In this document: positions 10,165 through 20,132 of the stretch, piece by piece
Numbering within the stretch: the stretch's first letter is position 1
How the letters are laid out: each line of letters opens with the position of its first letter
Origin: Puniceicoccaceae bacterium
Lineage (GTDB): Bacteria; Verrucomicrobiota; Verrucomicrobiia; Opitutales; Coraliomargaritaceae
Length of the DNA stretch: 64,000 bases
Assembly (NCBI GenBank): GCA_017857255.1
Contig: JAFMDL010000003.1
Location: 1,244 to 65,243 of the forward strand
Reading direction: 5' to 3'
Translations under genes and position numbers: made by a program
Notes under the pieces: generated by a model
The model's input: the letters and a program-made list of their open reading frames with translations, nothing else
Told to the model about the DNA's origin: nothing
Database searches by the model: none

Positions 10165-11142
10165 TTAGAGTAAAGCGGCAGGTGGCACGACGTTATTAAC
10201 TTGGGCGAGTGCTTTTTCGCCTTTGAGTAGGTTGACCAGATTCTGAGTGGCCATCCCTGCTTGGCGTTGAACACTTTCGAAGGTGCGAGAGCCTACGTGT
10301 GGCGTGATGATGCAATTCTGCATACCTAATAGTGGATGGTCAGCTGGAGGAGGTTCTTGATCGAGCACGTCAGCTCCATAGCCACCGAGCTTGCCGCTTT
10401 TAAGGGCTGCCGCGATGTGGGTCGTGTTGGTGAGCTCACCTCGGCCACAGTTGATAAGCGTCGCACCATCTTTCATGTTTTTGATGCTGGCCTCGCAAAT
10501 CATGTCGCGGGTCTGTTCAGTGAGGTTTGTGTGGAGCGAGACGATGTCGCATTCACGCAGAAGTTGAGTCACGCCATCAGCGCGTTCGATGTTTTGTTCC
10601 TGGGCAAAATCTTCCGGCCAGTATAGATCGTAACCAACACACTGCATTCCAAAGGCGTTGGCGCGGATCGAGACTTCACGTCCAATACGACCGAGGCCGA
10701 TGATACCAATTTTTTTGCACATTATTTCATGGCCAGTCATACGCTTCCAACCACCTGCTGCAGTTGTGTTGGCTTGTTCCATCAAGTTTTTATTGAGTGC
10801 GAGCAGTAACATGAAAACGTGCTCCGCAACTGTCGTATGATTGACGCCTGGGCAAAAGCTTACAGGGATGTTTTTTTCGGTCGCATAACCCACGTTGATT
10901 TTGTCCACACCGATACCATATTTGGAGATGATTTTCAGTCGCGGCAGAGATTTATCAATCACTGCCTGCGAGATTTCATCATCTCCACAGAGGAAGGCAT
11001 CGAAGTCGCCTGCCAGTTTCAACATCCGAGATTCGGAGAGCGGCCCACGTTCACGGACGATTTCGGCACCTGTGCTCTCTAGTAGGGCGTGGTGTTCGCC
11101 TGGGCAGTCCTGGTAGGAGGTGGTTGTTAGTAATATTTTCAT
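10165..11142 (-). CDS. D-isomer-specific 2-hydroxyacid dehydrogenase (NAD-binding)
   Basis: Rossmann motif GIIGLGRIGREV, and catalytic-region motifs CGRGE, DVLDQEP and ITPHVGS. ATG at 11142 (MKILLTT) lies 4 nt after the uxaC stop and is preferred over the track start 11181, which would overlap uxaC. Confidence 0.8.
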   Translation of the reverse strand: MKILLTTTSYQDCPGEHHALLESTGAEIVRERGPLSESRMLKLAGDFDAFLCGDDEISQAVIDKSLPRLKIISKYGIGVDKINVGYATEKNIPVSFCPGVNHTTVAEHVFMLLLALNKNLMEQANTTAAGGWKRMTGHEIMCKKIGIIGLGRIGREVSIRANAFGMQCVGYDLYWPEDFAQEQNIERADGVTQLLRECDIVSLHTNLTEQTRDMICEASIKNMKDGATLINCGRGELTNTTHIAAALKSGKLGGYGADVLDQEPPPADHPLLGMQNCIITPHVGSRTFESVQRQAGMATQNLVNLLKGEKALAQVNNVVPPAALL

Positions 11143-11146
11143 AGCA

Positions 11147-12553
11147 TTAGATTCCTGGAAAATTGAAATAACGCTGTGCATTCCTGAAGCTGATATCTGT
11201 AACCAGAGTTTCGAGCAATTCGCTGTCGTTCGGGATTAGGCCAGCTTCTACGTCAGAGCCGATAATATTGCACAACAAGCGGCGGAAGTATTCGTGCCGA
11301 GGGAAGCTTAGAAAACTTCGGGAGTCAGTGAGCATACCCACAAAGCGGCTTAATAAGCCGACACTGGAAAGAACCTCCAGTTGCGTGCGCATGCCGTCTA
11401 AGGTGTCTACATGCCACCAGCCAGAGCCAAGTTGCATTTTGCCGGGAATTGAGCCGTCCTGAAAGCTGCCCATTAAAGTGGCAAGTGGGTAGAGCTGATT
11501 AGGGCTAATGTGATAAAAAATACACTTTGGCAGCTCCTCTGACTGACTTAGGCTGTCGAGGAAGGCTACAAATTTTCGCGCTGCGGGTTCATCGAGCATG
11601 GCGTCGTAACCTGTGTCCGGCCCGAGTTGATTCAGCATACGAGTATTGTTGTTGCGAATGGCGCCAATGTGAAACTGCGTGGCCCAGCCCTTTGCGGCAT
11701 TCCACTGCGCCACGTGTTGTAGGATGTAAGTCATCCATTTTTCCGTTTCATCCGTGTTCAGCGCCTGCTCGGATCTTAGCTTTGTGAAGATTGCATCTGC
11801 ATCTGTTGCACTACAAGCAGAGTAGGGACAGTGCTCGAGACCATGGTCGGTTAGTCGACACCCCTGCGCATGGAAATAATCATGGCGTAACTTAAGTGCT
11901 TTGATAAAGTCAGAAGCGCCGTTAACGGGTTGATCGGTGATGGCGTCCAGTTGATCAGTCCACTGATTCCAGGCTGAGACATCGGTCGTAAACATGGCCT
12001 TGTCCGGACGATAAGTAGGGAACATTTTGGTACCATGGCTACTGGAGTTGTGCGACTGGTGATGCTCTAGTGAATCGGTGGGGTCATCTGTTGTGCCAAT
12101 GGCACGAATGTTAAATTTATCGCAAATAGTATGTACATTGAAGCTCGCATCGGCGATTCGAGCATTCGCTATGTCCCAGATCGCGTCTGCTGTCTTTGGG
12201 CTCAACACCAAATCCGTGTCAAAATAGCGCTTTAACTCTAGGTGCGTCCAGTGGTGCAGGGGATTACGCACCGTTTGCGGAACAGTGCGGGCCCATGCGT
12301 CAAATTTATCCTTTGGGTCTGCATCTCCAGTGATCAGCGTTTCTGGTTCCCCGGCAGCACGCATGGCACGCCATTTATAATGATCACCACCAAGCCAGAT
12401 TTCGGCTAAATTTGGAAAGGTGTCATTACGCGCTATAGCTTCTGGGGGAAGGTGGCAGTGATAATCTAGGATAGGTTGTTGCGCAGCAACTTCGTGAAAC
12501 AAGCGCTGGGCGGTACGGTTCGGGAGTAGGAAGTCTTCGTGTAGGTAATTCAT
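11147..12553 (-). CDS. uxaC: Glucuronate isomerase
   Basis: Full-length match to UxaC hallmarks: MNYLHEDFLL, ILDYHCHL, GGDHYKWRAMRAAG and WHVDT. Confidence 0.9.
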   Translation of the reverse strand: MNYLHEDFLLPNRTAQRLFHEVAAQQPILDYHCHLPPEAIARNDTFPNLAEIWLGGDHYKWRAMRAAGEPETLITGDADPKDKFDAWARTVPQTVRNPLHHWTHLELKRYFDTDLVLSPKTADAIWDIANARIADASFNVHTICDKFNIRAIGTTDDPTDSLEHHQSHNSSSHGTKMFPTYRPDKAMFTTDVSAWNQWTDQLDAITDQPVNGASDFIKALKLRHDYFHAQGCRLTDHGLEHCPYSACSATDADAIFTKLRSEQALNTDETEKWMTYILQHVAQWNAAKGWATQFHIGAIRNNNTRMLNQLGPDTGYDAMLDEPAARKFVAFLDSLSQSEELPKCIFYHISPNQLYPLATLMGSFQDGSIPGKMQLGSGWWHVDTLDGMRTQLEVLSSVGLLSRFVGMLTDSRSFLSFPRHEYFRRLLCNIIGSDVEAGLIPNDSELLETLVTDISFRNAQRYFNFPGI

Positions 12554-12581
12554 GCCTATGAGTCGGAGGATCTTGCTAGGC

Positions 12582-13367
12582 TTAGATAGTCATTGAAGCA
12601 TAACCGCCATCAACGACGATTTCAGCGCCATTCATGAAGCTGCTAGCATCCGATGCTAGGAGTAGCGTGGCGCCAATCAGTTCCTGTGCTTCGCCAAAGC
12701 GATTGGCAGGGGTGTGAGCCATGATAGAGGCGACTCGATCTGGGGTGAGAACCTTCTTGTTTTGCTCGGCTGGAAAGAAGCCGGGTACAATCGTATTAAC
12801 GCGTACTTTCGATTCGGCCCACTCGCGCGCAATGTTTTTAGAGAGGTTATGAACCGCTGCTTTCGTTGCGGAGTAGGTAAAGACTCGCGACAGGGGAATG
12901 ATACCACTCATTGAACCAATATTGATGATACTGCCCCCTTCGTCGCGTTCGACGAGATATTTACCGAAGACTTGAGCGGCGAAGAGTACTGCCTTTAGGT
13001 TGGTATTAAGTATATTATCAAACTCGGCTTCCTCGATATTTAACAGGGGGGTCGGTGAGTTCACTCCCGCACCATTGATGAGGATGTCGACCTGCCCCGA
13101 TTTTTCTAAGACCTTATTCAGCAGTGCTTGGATCGATGCTTTGGAATTGACGTCAACTTTCTCAAAATAAGCTTTGCCCCCAGAAGCCTCTATCTTTTCC
13201 AAACGCGTACGTGCTTTCTCTTCACTGCGCCCTACCAAAATGGTTTCCGCTCCAGCAGCGGCAAGCCCTTCCGCCATCGTACCGCAGAGTTCACCAGTGC
13301 CTCCGATGACTACGGCAACTTTGCCTTCTAGGTTAAACAAAGTATGTAAATATTCGGAAGTTTTCAT
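12582..13367 (-). CDS. SDR-family oxidoreductase, UxuB-like (candidate fructuronate/tagaturonate reductase)
   Basis: [15 protein letters not shown] dinucleotide motif, NGAG, and catalytic YSATK (Y-x-x-x-K). It is the first gene of the operon containing uxaC. Confidence 0.75.
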   Translation of the reverse strand: MKTSEYLHTLFNLEGKVAVVIGGTGELCGTMAEGLAAAGAETILVGRSEEKARTRLEKIEASGGKAYFEKVDVNSKASIQALLNKVLEKSGQVDILINGAGVNSPTPLLNIEEAEFDNILNTNLKAVLFAAQVFGKYLVERDEGGSIINIGSMSGIIPLSRVFTYSATKAAVHNLSKNIAREWAESKVRVNTIVPGFFPAEQNKKVLTPDRVASIMAHTPANRFGEAQELIGATLLLASDASSFMNGAEIVVDGGYASMTI

Positions 13368-13519
13368 GAGGTTATTGTTAGGTTTGTAGAGTCTAGTTAG
13401 CGCTCGACCCGAACGCTACCTCCTTGTTTGATTTTTAGAGACATAGAATTTATTTTCGATGGGCATATTGCGGTTGGAATTGTGGTTGTTAAAATAGTTT
13501 AGTAGGTAGCAATTTATAA

Positions 13520-13545
13520 TTGCATAATAATTATATTTTATGCAA
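13520..13545. promoter_or_regulatory. Inverted repeat TTGCATAA-N10-TTATGCAA in the divergent SDR/regulator promoter region (candidate operator)
   Basis: Perfect 8-bp arms at 13520-13527 and 13538-13545 in an AT-rich 180-nt divergent intergenic region. The repeat ends 2 nt before the candidate TTG start (13548) of the regulator. No binding data. Confidence 0.25.
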
Positions 13546-13655
13546 AATTGCGCAGAATTAAGTGGAAGCATGTTTTAATGGTATTGGGTAGCTACGATCA
13601 GTCTGCGCACCAAGGTATTGCACAATATGTCAGTCGAAACGGCTGACACCTAAAT

Positions 13656-14663
13656 GTGAGTATCCTTAAGGACTTTCAAATACCTCAATATTGGTCGGGC
13701 GATGGCATCATTACCTCGCTTAATAATAGCAGTGCACTTGAAGAATTTATCCGTGCTGCAACGGTTCCAGTTGTAGATTTATCGATTTGGCGAGAGGACA
13801 TTGATTTGCCAGGTGTGGCAGCTGACAATGCAGCGATTGGTCGGGCGGGTGCTACGCATTTCATTGAAGCAGGCCATCAGCACTGCGCATGGTTTGCTTT
13901 GGGGTCGAACCCCGTCAGTTGGACTCGCTACGAAGCCTATCGCGATGCCTTAGTGGCAGTTGGTTTGGATTGGCTGCGCTTAGATCGTAAGCGCGCACAA
14001 GATACCCAATATATTACACAAGTACTCAGAGATTTACCGAAGCCATGCGCTATTTATACAAAAAGTGATTACGATGCAGCATGGATCTTGAATCTATGCT
14101 TGAGCGCTGACCTCAAAGCTCCTGATGAAATCGCTATATTAGGTGCGTATAACAACACTTTGATTTGTGAAAATAAAGCAATTCCGCTTTCCAGTGTACG
14201 ACATAATTTGCAAACAATCGGCTACGAGGGCGCAGCTATGTTGGATCAATTGATGGCCGGTAAAAATTTAAAGGAGCGTATCCGCTTTTTTCCACCCAAG
14301 GGCATTAAGATCCCCCAGAGTACCGACATGCTGGCGATATCAGACCCAGTCATACGTGAGCTTATAACGTATTTAAAAACTGACTACCAGCGCAGCATTA
14401 GTACGGATATGCTAGCTCAACGATTTGGCATCAGCCGCCGAAGCTTAGAGTCGCGTTTCAGGGCTCAAATGCACTGCAGTATACGTGAGAGTATAATACG
14501 CATTCGTATTCAAGAGGGGAAGCGTCGACTCGCAGGCGGCAGTGAATCTATCGAGACGATTGCTGCGCTATCAGGATTTTGCCACGCTCCGCATTTTAGT
14601 AATACGTTCAAATTAGTAGTGGGCTGCTCGCCCACTCAGTACCGCCGAAAATCTCCGGGGTGA
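13656..14663 (+). CDS. XylR-like regulator (periplasmic-binding-protein-type sugar sensor + AraC HTH); ORF as called lacks its N-terminus
   Basis: C-terminal AraC HTH (ISTDMLAQRFGISRRSLESRF ... TIAALSGFCHAPHFSNTFKLVVGCSPTQYRR) and an N-terminal PBP-like sensor. The same frame is open upstream from 13506 and encodes the missing first strand/helix, but is interrupted by TGA at 13644-13646 (see findings). Confidence 0.75.
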   Translation: MSILKDFQIPQYWSGDGIITSLNNSSALEEFIRAATVPVVDLSIWREDIDLPGVAADNAAIGRAGATHFIEAGHQHCAWFALGSNPVSWTRYEAYRDALVAVGLDWLRLDRKRAQDTQYITQVLRDLPKPCAIYTKSDYDAAWILNLCLSADLKAPDEIAILGAYNNTLICENKAIPLSSVRHNLQTIGYEGAAMLDQLMAGKNLKERIRFFPPKGIKIPQSTDMLAISDPVIRELITYLKTDYQRSISTDMLAQRFGISRRSLESRFRAQMHCSIRESIIRIRIQEGKRRLAGGSESIETIAALSGFCHAPHFSNTFKLVVGCSPTQYRRKSPG

Positions 14664-14876
14664 TACTCTAACCAATATAGTACTATTCTATTTATCCAGC
14701 TCATATTTTAGGTGGTATTAAGGTTACTCAAAAAGTCTGCCCACGTAATTTAATAACGACTTTAGTTGATAAGTAGCCACTAAATACCGAAACCAAGAAA
14801 GTGCTTAGGGTTTGACTCTGCTTGTGGCTGCGCCAGACATAGTGAATATAACTTTATCTCTACGATTATTGTAACT

Positions 14877-15743
14877 ATGTCTACTCGCCTTCTCTTTTTT
14901 CTTTTTGCCGTAGCAGTGGCAATACCAGTTTCAGCTCAAGAAATTCGTATCGCAGCCTCCGATTTACTTGCCGATTATATATCCGGACCGCTTCAAATAT
15001 ACGGAGATGAGCATTCGATTGAGTTTAAGGTTGATAGCATTGGTAGTTTACCGGCACTGGATCGCTTGCGTTCCGATGAAATCGATTTGGCTATTATTGC
15101 CTTTCCGGAGGAGGGGGAAATACCGCGTGAAGAGTTTCGTATCTGTCCATTTGCTTACGATGTGGCTGTAGTTGCGGTGAATAAGAGTAACCCGATTAAT
15201 GAAATCAGCTTGTCACGACTGGGTGGAATTTTTGGCTCGGATGAAGAGAATCATTTCACCTCTTGGGGAGATTTGGGTTTGTCTGGTTGGGGTAATCGCT
15301 CGATCAAGACTATGGCGACGCAAACGGATTCGAGTATCTCGCTCGAGTTATTTAAATTCTCGGTGTTGCGCGGTGGTCAGATGAAGACGACAGTTGTCCC
15401 AGTTAAAGATTCTGAAGTGGAAGGCTTATTGTTATCAGATGCGGCTTCAATCGCCATTATGCCAAGATTGCCGGAGAGTTCTAAGTTAAAGGCATTGATG
15501 ATTTCTGCCGAAGCGGATGGCCCTGCATTTGGTCCAACCGATGATAATGTGCACTATGGTGATTATCCAATTCGATTGGCTTTCTACACGGTTTATAACG
15601 AGCGAGATGAAGCGCGGTTGAAGCAAGTCCTGCGAGTTCTGTTGAGTGATGAAGTTGCCTCACAATTGCGTGACCAGAGCTTGTTCGCATTGCCGGATAC
15701 GGTACGTCGGAAGTTGACCATAGATTTGGATCTTGGGGAGTAG
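14877..15743 (+). CDS. Secreted PstS-like/PBP-like substrate-binding-fold protein
   Basis: Signal peptide (FAVAVAIPVSAQE). The alternating pattern and motifs (IRIAASDLL, IDLAIIA, AYDVAVVAVNKSNP) resemble the PBP_like_2 family. Function unknown. Confidence 0.55.
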   Translation: MSTRLLFFLFAVAVAIPVSAQEIRIAASDLLADYISGPLQIYGDEHSIEFKVDSIGSLPALDRLRSDEIDLAIIAFPEEGEIPREEFRICPFAYDVAVVAVNKSNPINEISLSRLGGIFGSDEENHFTSWGDLGLSGWGNRSIKTMATQTDSSISLELFKFSVLRGGQMKTTVVPVKDSEVEGLLLSDAASIAIMPRLPESSKLKALMISAEADGPAFGPTDDNVHYGDYPIRLAFYTVYNERDEARLKQVLRVLLSDEVASQLRDQSLFALPDTVRRKLTIDLDLGE

Positions 15744-15908
15744 TGTTTTATTAGAGTTTGCTCCGCAAAACGTTTTTTGGTAACTAGGTTCGTTTATTGT
15801 TTGCCCTTTAAAATAGCAGTGTTTTCGCGATCAGCTGGATTCATATAAAGGTTGGCACGGAACTAGTTTAACTCCTGTTTTTTAATTAGAAATCTAATCT
15901 GTTATGTT

Positions 15909-17303
15909 ATGATAAAAGTAGTCTCAGTGTGGCTTTTTTTTGCGCTTTATTTGTTCGGTGCGAGTAATGGTATTTCAGCACAGCTCGTACCGCAGTTCCA
16001 AGACGGTGATCGCGTGTGCTTTGTCGGCGATAGTATCACTCATGGCGGCAGCTATCACTCCTATGTGTACCTCTATTATTTAACGCGTTTTCCCGACCGT
16101 AATTTTCAGGTCTGGAACAAGGGGATCAGTGGTGATAAGGCCTCGCATGTCCTACAACGATTTGAAGAAGATATTGCCACTGCGAAGCCGACGGTATCGA
16201 CATTGATGCTAGGGATGAATGATATTGGTCGTTGGCTCTATGGAGCTGACAAAACCGATGCGGCTTCGTTGGCGCAGCAGCAGCACTATATTGATACCTA
16301 CAAGTCAGACATAACGAAACTGGTGGGTCGCTTTGATGCGATTCAGAGTGAGGTGATTTTCATTACACCATCGATCTACGATCAGACTGCAGTGCTGAAG
16401 CGTAAGAATGAGTTTGGAGCGAATGATGGGTTAGGTCAGTGCGCAGATTTTATAAAAGAATCGGCTGCGGCCAGAACGCAGGGCACAGTCGATTTTTACA
16501 GTGCGATGCTTGCGATCAATACCGAGCTTCAACAACTGGATCCTACTAACACAATCGTTGGCGCCGATCGTGTGCATCCAGACTGGCACTATGGGCATGT
16601 GGTGATGGCGTATGAATTCCTCAAAGCGCAGGCAGTTCCGCAATTGGTTTCCAAAATGGTGTTGAATGCACGCAATCGTTCGGTCGTTGAATCAATGAAT
16701 GCAACTGTCTCGGACCTTCAGTCAACCAGTAGAGCGATCAGGTTTACTGCCTTGGAGGGCGCGTTGCCATTTCCGCAGACAGATGGTATTGCAAAAGGAC
16801 TGGCATTAGTGCCGTTCGAAGCGGAGATGAATCAACAAATCCTCGTGATTCAAGATTTAATAGCAGGGAATTATACTCTCTCGATTGACGCCGTCAGACT
16901 CGGCACTTGGTCCGCGGAGGCCCTAGAGCAGGGTATCAACTTAGCAACCCTTGAAAACACTCCGCAAATGCAGCAGTCACTTAAGGTCAAGCAGCTCAAT
17001 GACCAGCAGATGCGACATCAAGGTCGCCTCCGTAGCGCTGCTTATGTGTTTTATAGTAGTGGATTATCGCAATCTGATGTTGATTTAGAGGATACGGATG
17101 CAGTCACAGCCTTTCTCGATACTAAGCTAAAGAAGATAGAAGGAGAGTCTTGGTATGGCTACGTGAAGACTCAGTATGCAGAGTATTCCAATGTCCGTGG
17201 AGAAGAGGACGAAATACATGAAGCGTTGAACCAGTTGCATCATGAGCTGTATCAAGTAAATCAACCTGTGGCACATCGTTTTACTGTGACAAGAAACGAT
17301 TGA
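15909..17303 (+). CDS. SGNH/GDSL hydrolase (candidate carbohydrate esterase) with C-terminal extension
   Basis: Signal peptide. SGNH blocks: GDSITHGG (block I), GISGD (II), LGMNDI (III) and DRVHP (V). Confidence 0.7.
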   Translation: MIKVVSVWLFFALYLFGASNGISAQLVPQFQDGDRVCFVGDSITHGGSYHSYVYLYYLTRFPDRNFQVWNKGISGDKASHVLQRFEEDIATAKPTVSTLMLGMNDIGRWLYGADKTDAASLAQQQHYIDTYKSDITKLVGRFDAIQSEVIFITPSIYDQTAVLKRKNEFGANDGLGQCADFIKESAAARTQGTVDFYSAMLAINTELQQLDPTNTIVGADRVHPDWHYGHVVMAYEFLKAQAVPQLVSKMVLNARNRSVVESMNATVSDLQSTSRAIRFTALEGALPFPQTDGIAKGLALVPFEAEMNQQILVIQDLIAGNYTLSIDAVRLGTWSAEALEQGINLATLENTPQMQQSLKVKQLNDQQMRHQGRLRSAAYVFYSSGLSQSDVDLEDTDAVTAFLDTKLKKIEGESWYGYVKTQYAEYSNVRGEEDEIHEALNQLHHELYQVNQPVAHRFTVTRND

Positions 17304-17392
17304 TTCTGATTACTGAGATTTGCTGTTACAGATGCTCACTTTGATTAAGTGGTTGAACGTTTGTATGGTAGAGTTGAGGATTCCGTATAGCC

Positions 17393-17424
17393 AAAAAAGG
17401 CCATCCTTTACAGGACGGCCTTTT
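17393..17424 (-). terminator. Rho-independent terminator between convergent SGNH and tkt genes (best on minus strand)
   Basis: The GGCCATCC/GGACGGCC stem has a 6-nt loop. One position is A-C on the plus RNA and G-U on the minus RNA. It is flanked by AAAAAA (a U6 tail on the minus strand) and TTTT. Confidence 0.7.
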
Positions 17425-17446
17425 GAAATAAGATGAATACTCTAGC

Positions 17447-19447
17447 TTAGAGTAGCTCTTTGGCAACAGCAGCGACATTGTCGGCAGACATACCTAGCTC
17501 GGCCATCACAGTGTCGCCAGGAGCGGAAATACCAAAGCGGTCAATGCAGACAGTTTTGCCAGTGAGCCCGACATACTTGCCCCATGTATTTGAGACGCCA
17601 GCTTCGACTGCTACGCGGGCGTTGCAGCTGGCAGGAAGAATACTTTCTATGTAGTCCGCGGATTGACGCTCGAAACGCTCGAAGCATGGAAGAGACACTA
17701 CGCGCACGCCAGCGCCAAGTTGTTCGGCTGCACCGAGTGCGTGTTGCACTTCAGAGCCAGTAGCGAGGATAATTAGCTTAAGCTCTCCAGTTTCTTGTTT
17801 CGCGATGTAACCACCTTTCAGTGTCCCTTCACGACGATCTTCGATGCTCACGCTGTCGTTCGCAGGGATGTTTTGGCGAGTCAGAATTAATGCAGTTGGG
17901 CCGTCTTGACGAAGTGTAGCTGCAGCAAAAGCTGCGGCCGTTTCTTCAGCATCAGATGGGCGAATGACGTCCAGATTTGGAATCACGCGCAAGCCACTGA
18001 CAGTTTCGACAGGTTGGTGAGTTGGGCCGTCTTCACCCACACCGACAGAATCGTGTGTGAAGATATAAGTCACGGGTAACTTGGCTAGGCTTGCAAGGCG
18101 GATTGCTGGGCGAAGATAGTCAGCGAAGACTAGGAAGGTCGCACCACTAGTGCGGAATAGACCATCGTAGGCGATACCATTGCAGATTGCACCCATTGCG
18201 TGCTCACGAATACCAAACCAGATATTACGTCCACCGAAGTTTTCCGCGGAGAAGTCGCCACCGTCTTTGATATAATTTTTGGTTGAGCCATAGAGGTCGG
18301 CCGAGCCGGTGATGACTTGCGGTACCTCTTTAGCTAGTGACTGCATGACCACTCCACCTGAGGCACGTGTTGCAGCACCGGTGCCCGCTTCGAACTCAGG
18401 GATACGGCTGACGAGATCAGCAGGAATCTCACCCTTAACGGATGCGTCAAGCTCAGCAGCAAGCGTTGGATTGGCTGTAGCCCATGCTGCGTAGGTCGCA
18501 TCCCACTCGACATTGGCTGCTTTGCCTGCTTCAGCTTGTGCTGCAAAGTGCGCTCGAACCTCAGCGGAGACATAGAAAGTTTGATCAGGAAGACCGAGCC
18601 CCTTGCGCGCTTGCGCAGCAAATTTAGCGCCACCTTCACCGTGACCGGCAGCAGTGCCTTGCACTTCAGGTATTCCTTTACCTATTGTGGTTTTTGCGAT
18701 GATAACCTTAGGCTTGCCGTTGTCATTGGACTTCGCGTGGACGATGGCTTCCTTAATCGCAGTCAGATTGTGACCGTCGATGGTGATCGCATCCCAGCTT
18801 TGTGAGATAAAGTAGGCTTCCGCATCCTCGCTTTGTGACTGCGTTGCCATCGCATCGAGCGTGACGTCATTGGAGTCATAGATGAGGATTAGGTTATCGA
18901 GCTTGTTGTGCCCAGCAAAAGCGATGGCTTCTTTTGCAACCCCTTCCTGTAGGCAACCATCACCGTTGAGTGCGAAGATATGTTGATCGAAGAGCGTGTG
19001 ATCTGCAGTGTTGAATTTGGCTGCAGCGCGTTTCCCGGAAAGCGCGTAGCCGACTGCATTACCAATCCCTTGACCGAGTGGTCCAGTCGTGGCTTCAACG
19101 CCTGCAGTGTCGCCAAATTCAGGATGGCCTGGAGTCTCAGAACCGAGCACGCGGAAGTTTTTCACTTGTTCGATTGAGAGATCATAGCCGGCAAGGTGTA
19201 GCCATGAGTAAACAAACATTGAACCATGTCCGCCAGAGAGTACGAAGCGGTCGCGGTTGAGCCACTTGGGTGCTGCTGGGTTGTAGCGTATGCCACCGTC
19301 ACCAAACAGGACAGCGCCGATTTCTGCACAGCCTAAAGGAAGACCTAAATGGCCTGAGTTGCAGGCGTGGATCGCATCGATCGCAAGTCCGCGTGCTTCG
19401 TTTGCAGCTTGAGAGAGAATTTCAGCAGTGTGAGCTGTGTTAGTCAT
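17447..19447 (-). CDS. tkt: Transketolase
   Basis: Motifs [20 protein letters not shown] (TPP-binding) and [18 protein letters not shown] at 19447 ([11 protein letters not shown]) is preferred to the 17-codon longer track start. Confidence 0.9.
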   Translation of the reverse strand: MTNTAHTAEILSQAANEARGLAIDAIHACNSGHLGLPLGCAEIGAVLFGDGGIRYNPAAPKWLNRDRFVLSGGHGSMFVYSWLHLAGYDLSIEQVKNFRVLGSETPGHPEFGDTAGVEATTGPLGQGIGNAVGYALSGKRAAAKFNTADHTLFDQHIFALNGDGCLQEGVAKEAIAFAGHNKLDNLILIYDSNDVTLDAMATQSQSEDAEAYFISQSWDAITIDGHNLTAIKEAIVHAKSNDNGKPKVIIAKTTIGKGIPEVQGTAAGHGEGGAKFAAQARKGLGLPDQTFYVSAEVRAHFAAQAEAGKAANVEWDATYAAWATANPTLAAELDASVKGEIPADLVSRIPEFEAGTGAATRASGGVVMQSLAKEVPQVITGSADLYGSTKNYIKDGGDFSAENFGGRNIWFGIREHAMGAICNGIAYDGLFRTSGATFLVFADYLRPAIRLASLAKLPVTYIFTHDSVGVGEDGPTHQPVETVSGLRVIPNLDVIRPSDAEETAAAFAAATLRQDGPTALILTRQNIPANDSVSIEDRREGTLKGGYIAKQETGELKLIILATGSEVQHALGAAEQLGAGVRVVSLPCFERFERQSADYIESILPASCNARVAVEAGVSNTWGKYVGLTGKTVCIDRFGISAPGDTVMAELGMSADNVAAVAKELL

Positions 19448-19629
19448 AACTATATGTTTTTGATGTGCATGCGCACTAATTATCGTAGATACCAGCATAG
19501 TACGATGGACGGATGCGATTGAATTGAAAGGAAAAATAGGTGATGGACTATGAATTATTTACTTTCCTGCTATGTATAACTTAAATTGAAACTGGACTTG
19601 GGCGTCCTGCAGTCGCTTATTCCGTAGTT

Positions 19630-20055
19630 ATGTCACACGAAGAATTAGAACAGGGCTGTGCGCTCGATCTTGATTTTACAAAACTTCTGAAGGTCGCCAA
19701 CTGCGGCACAGACGTGTTGCCAGCAATCGCTCAAGATGGAAAGACTGGTGAGGTATTGATTGTCGGTTATGCTAATAAATTGGCGCTGCAGACGGCACGC
19801 GAATGTGGGATGGCCACTTTCTGGAGTACCAGTCGTAACGAGCTCTGGATCAAAGGTAAGACCAGTGGGGACTATCTTAAGATCGAGGATATTCGCGTCA
19901 ATTGTGAGCAGAATTCGATTCTCTATATTGTAACTCCAGCAGGACAGGGAGCTTGCCATACTAAGAATAAGGACGGCGTAGCACGTTCGGGTTGTTACTA
20001 CCGCCGCTTAAACGAAGACGGCACGCTTGAATTTGTGGATCCGGCGCAGGTCTAG
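19630..20055 (+). CDS. hisI: Phosphoribosyl-AMP cyclohydrolase
   Basis: FWSTSRNELWIKGKTSGDYLKIEDIRVNCEQNSILYIV...GACHT matches the HisI core. It is monofunctional and not linked to other his genes here. Confidence 0.85.
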   Translation: MSHEELEQGCALDLDFTKLLKVANCGTDVLPAIAQDGKTGEVLIVGYANKLALQTARECGMATFWSTSRNELWIKGKTSGDYLKIEDIRVNCEQNSILYIVTPAGQGACHTKNKDGVARSGCYYRRLNEDGTLEFVDPAQV

Positions 20056-20063
20056 GTTTTCTA

Positions 20064-20106
20064 AAAAACAAAAAGGGCGGTGAATCAGTTCACCGCCCTT
20101 TTTTTG
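20064..20106. terminator. Bidirectional rho-independent terminator
   Basis: Perfect 12-bp stem AAGGGCGGTGAA/TTCACCGCCCTT with a 4-nt loop, flanked by an A-run upstream and T7 downstream. It lies between convergent hisI and the lptE-like gene. Confidence 0.85.
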
Positions 20107-20132
20107 TAGAAAGTTGATTGAGCCTCAAAGGC

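Noticed and set aside
15853-15867. TGGCAC-N5 sigma-54-like -24 element upstream of the SGNH esterase gene
   Set aside because: The -12 position reads TAGT rather than TTGC, and no enhancer-binding protein gene is nearby, so the support is insufficient.
19448-19498. N-terminal extensions of ORF-track calls: tkt, and likewise 11143-11181, 31547-31618, 39425-39508, 53998-54084 and 61227-61265
   Set aside because: The extensions overlap upstream genes or terminators, or consist of non-protein-like residues. Internal ATGs give canonical N-termini.
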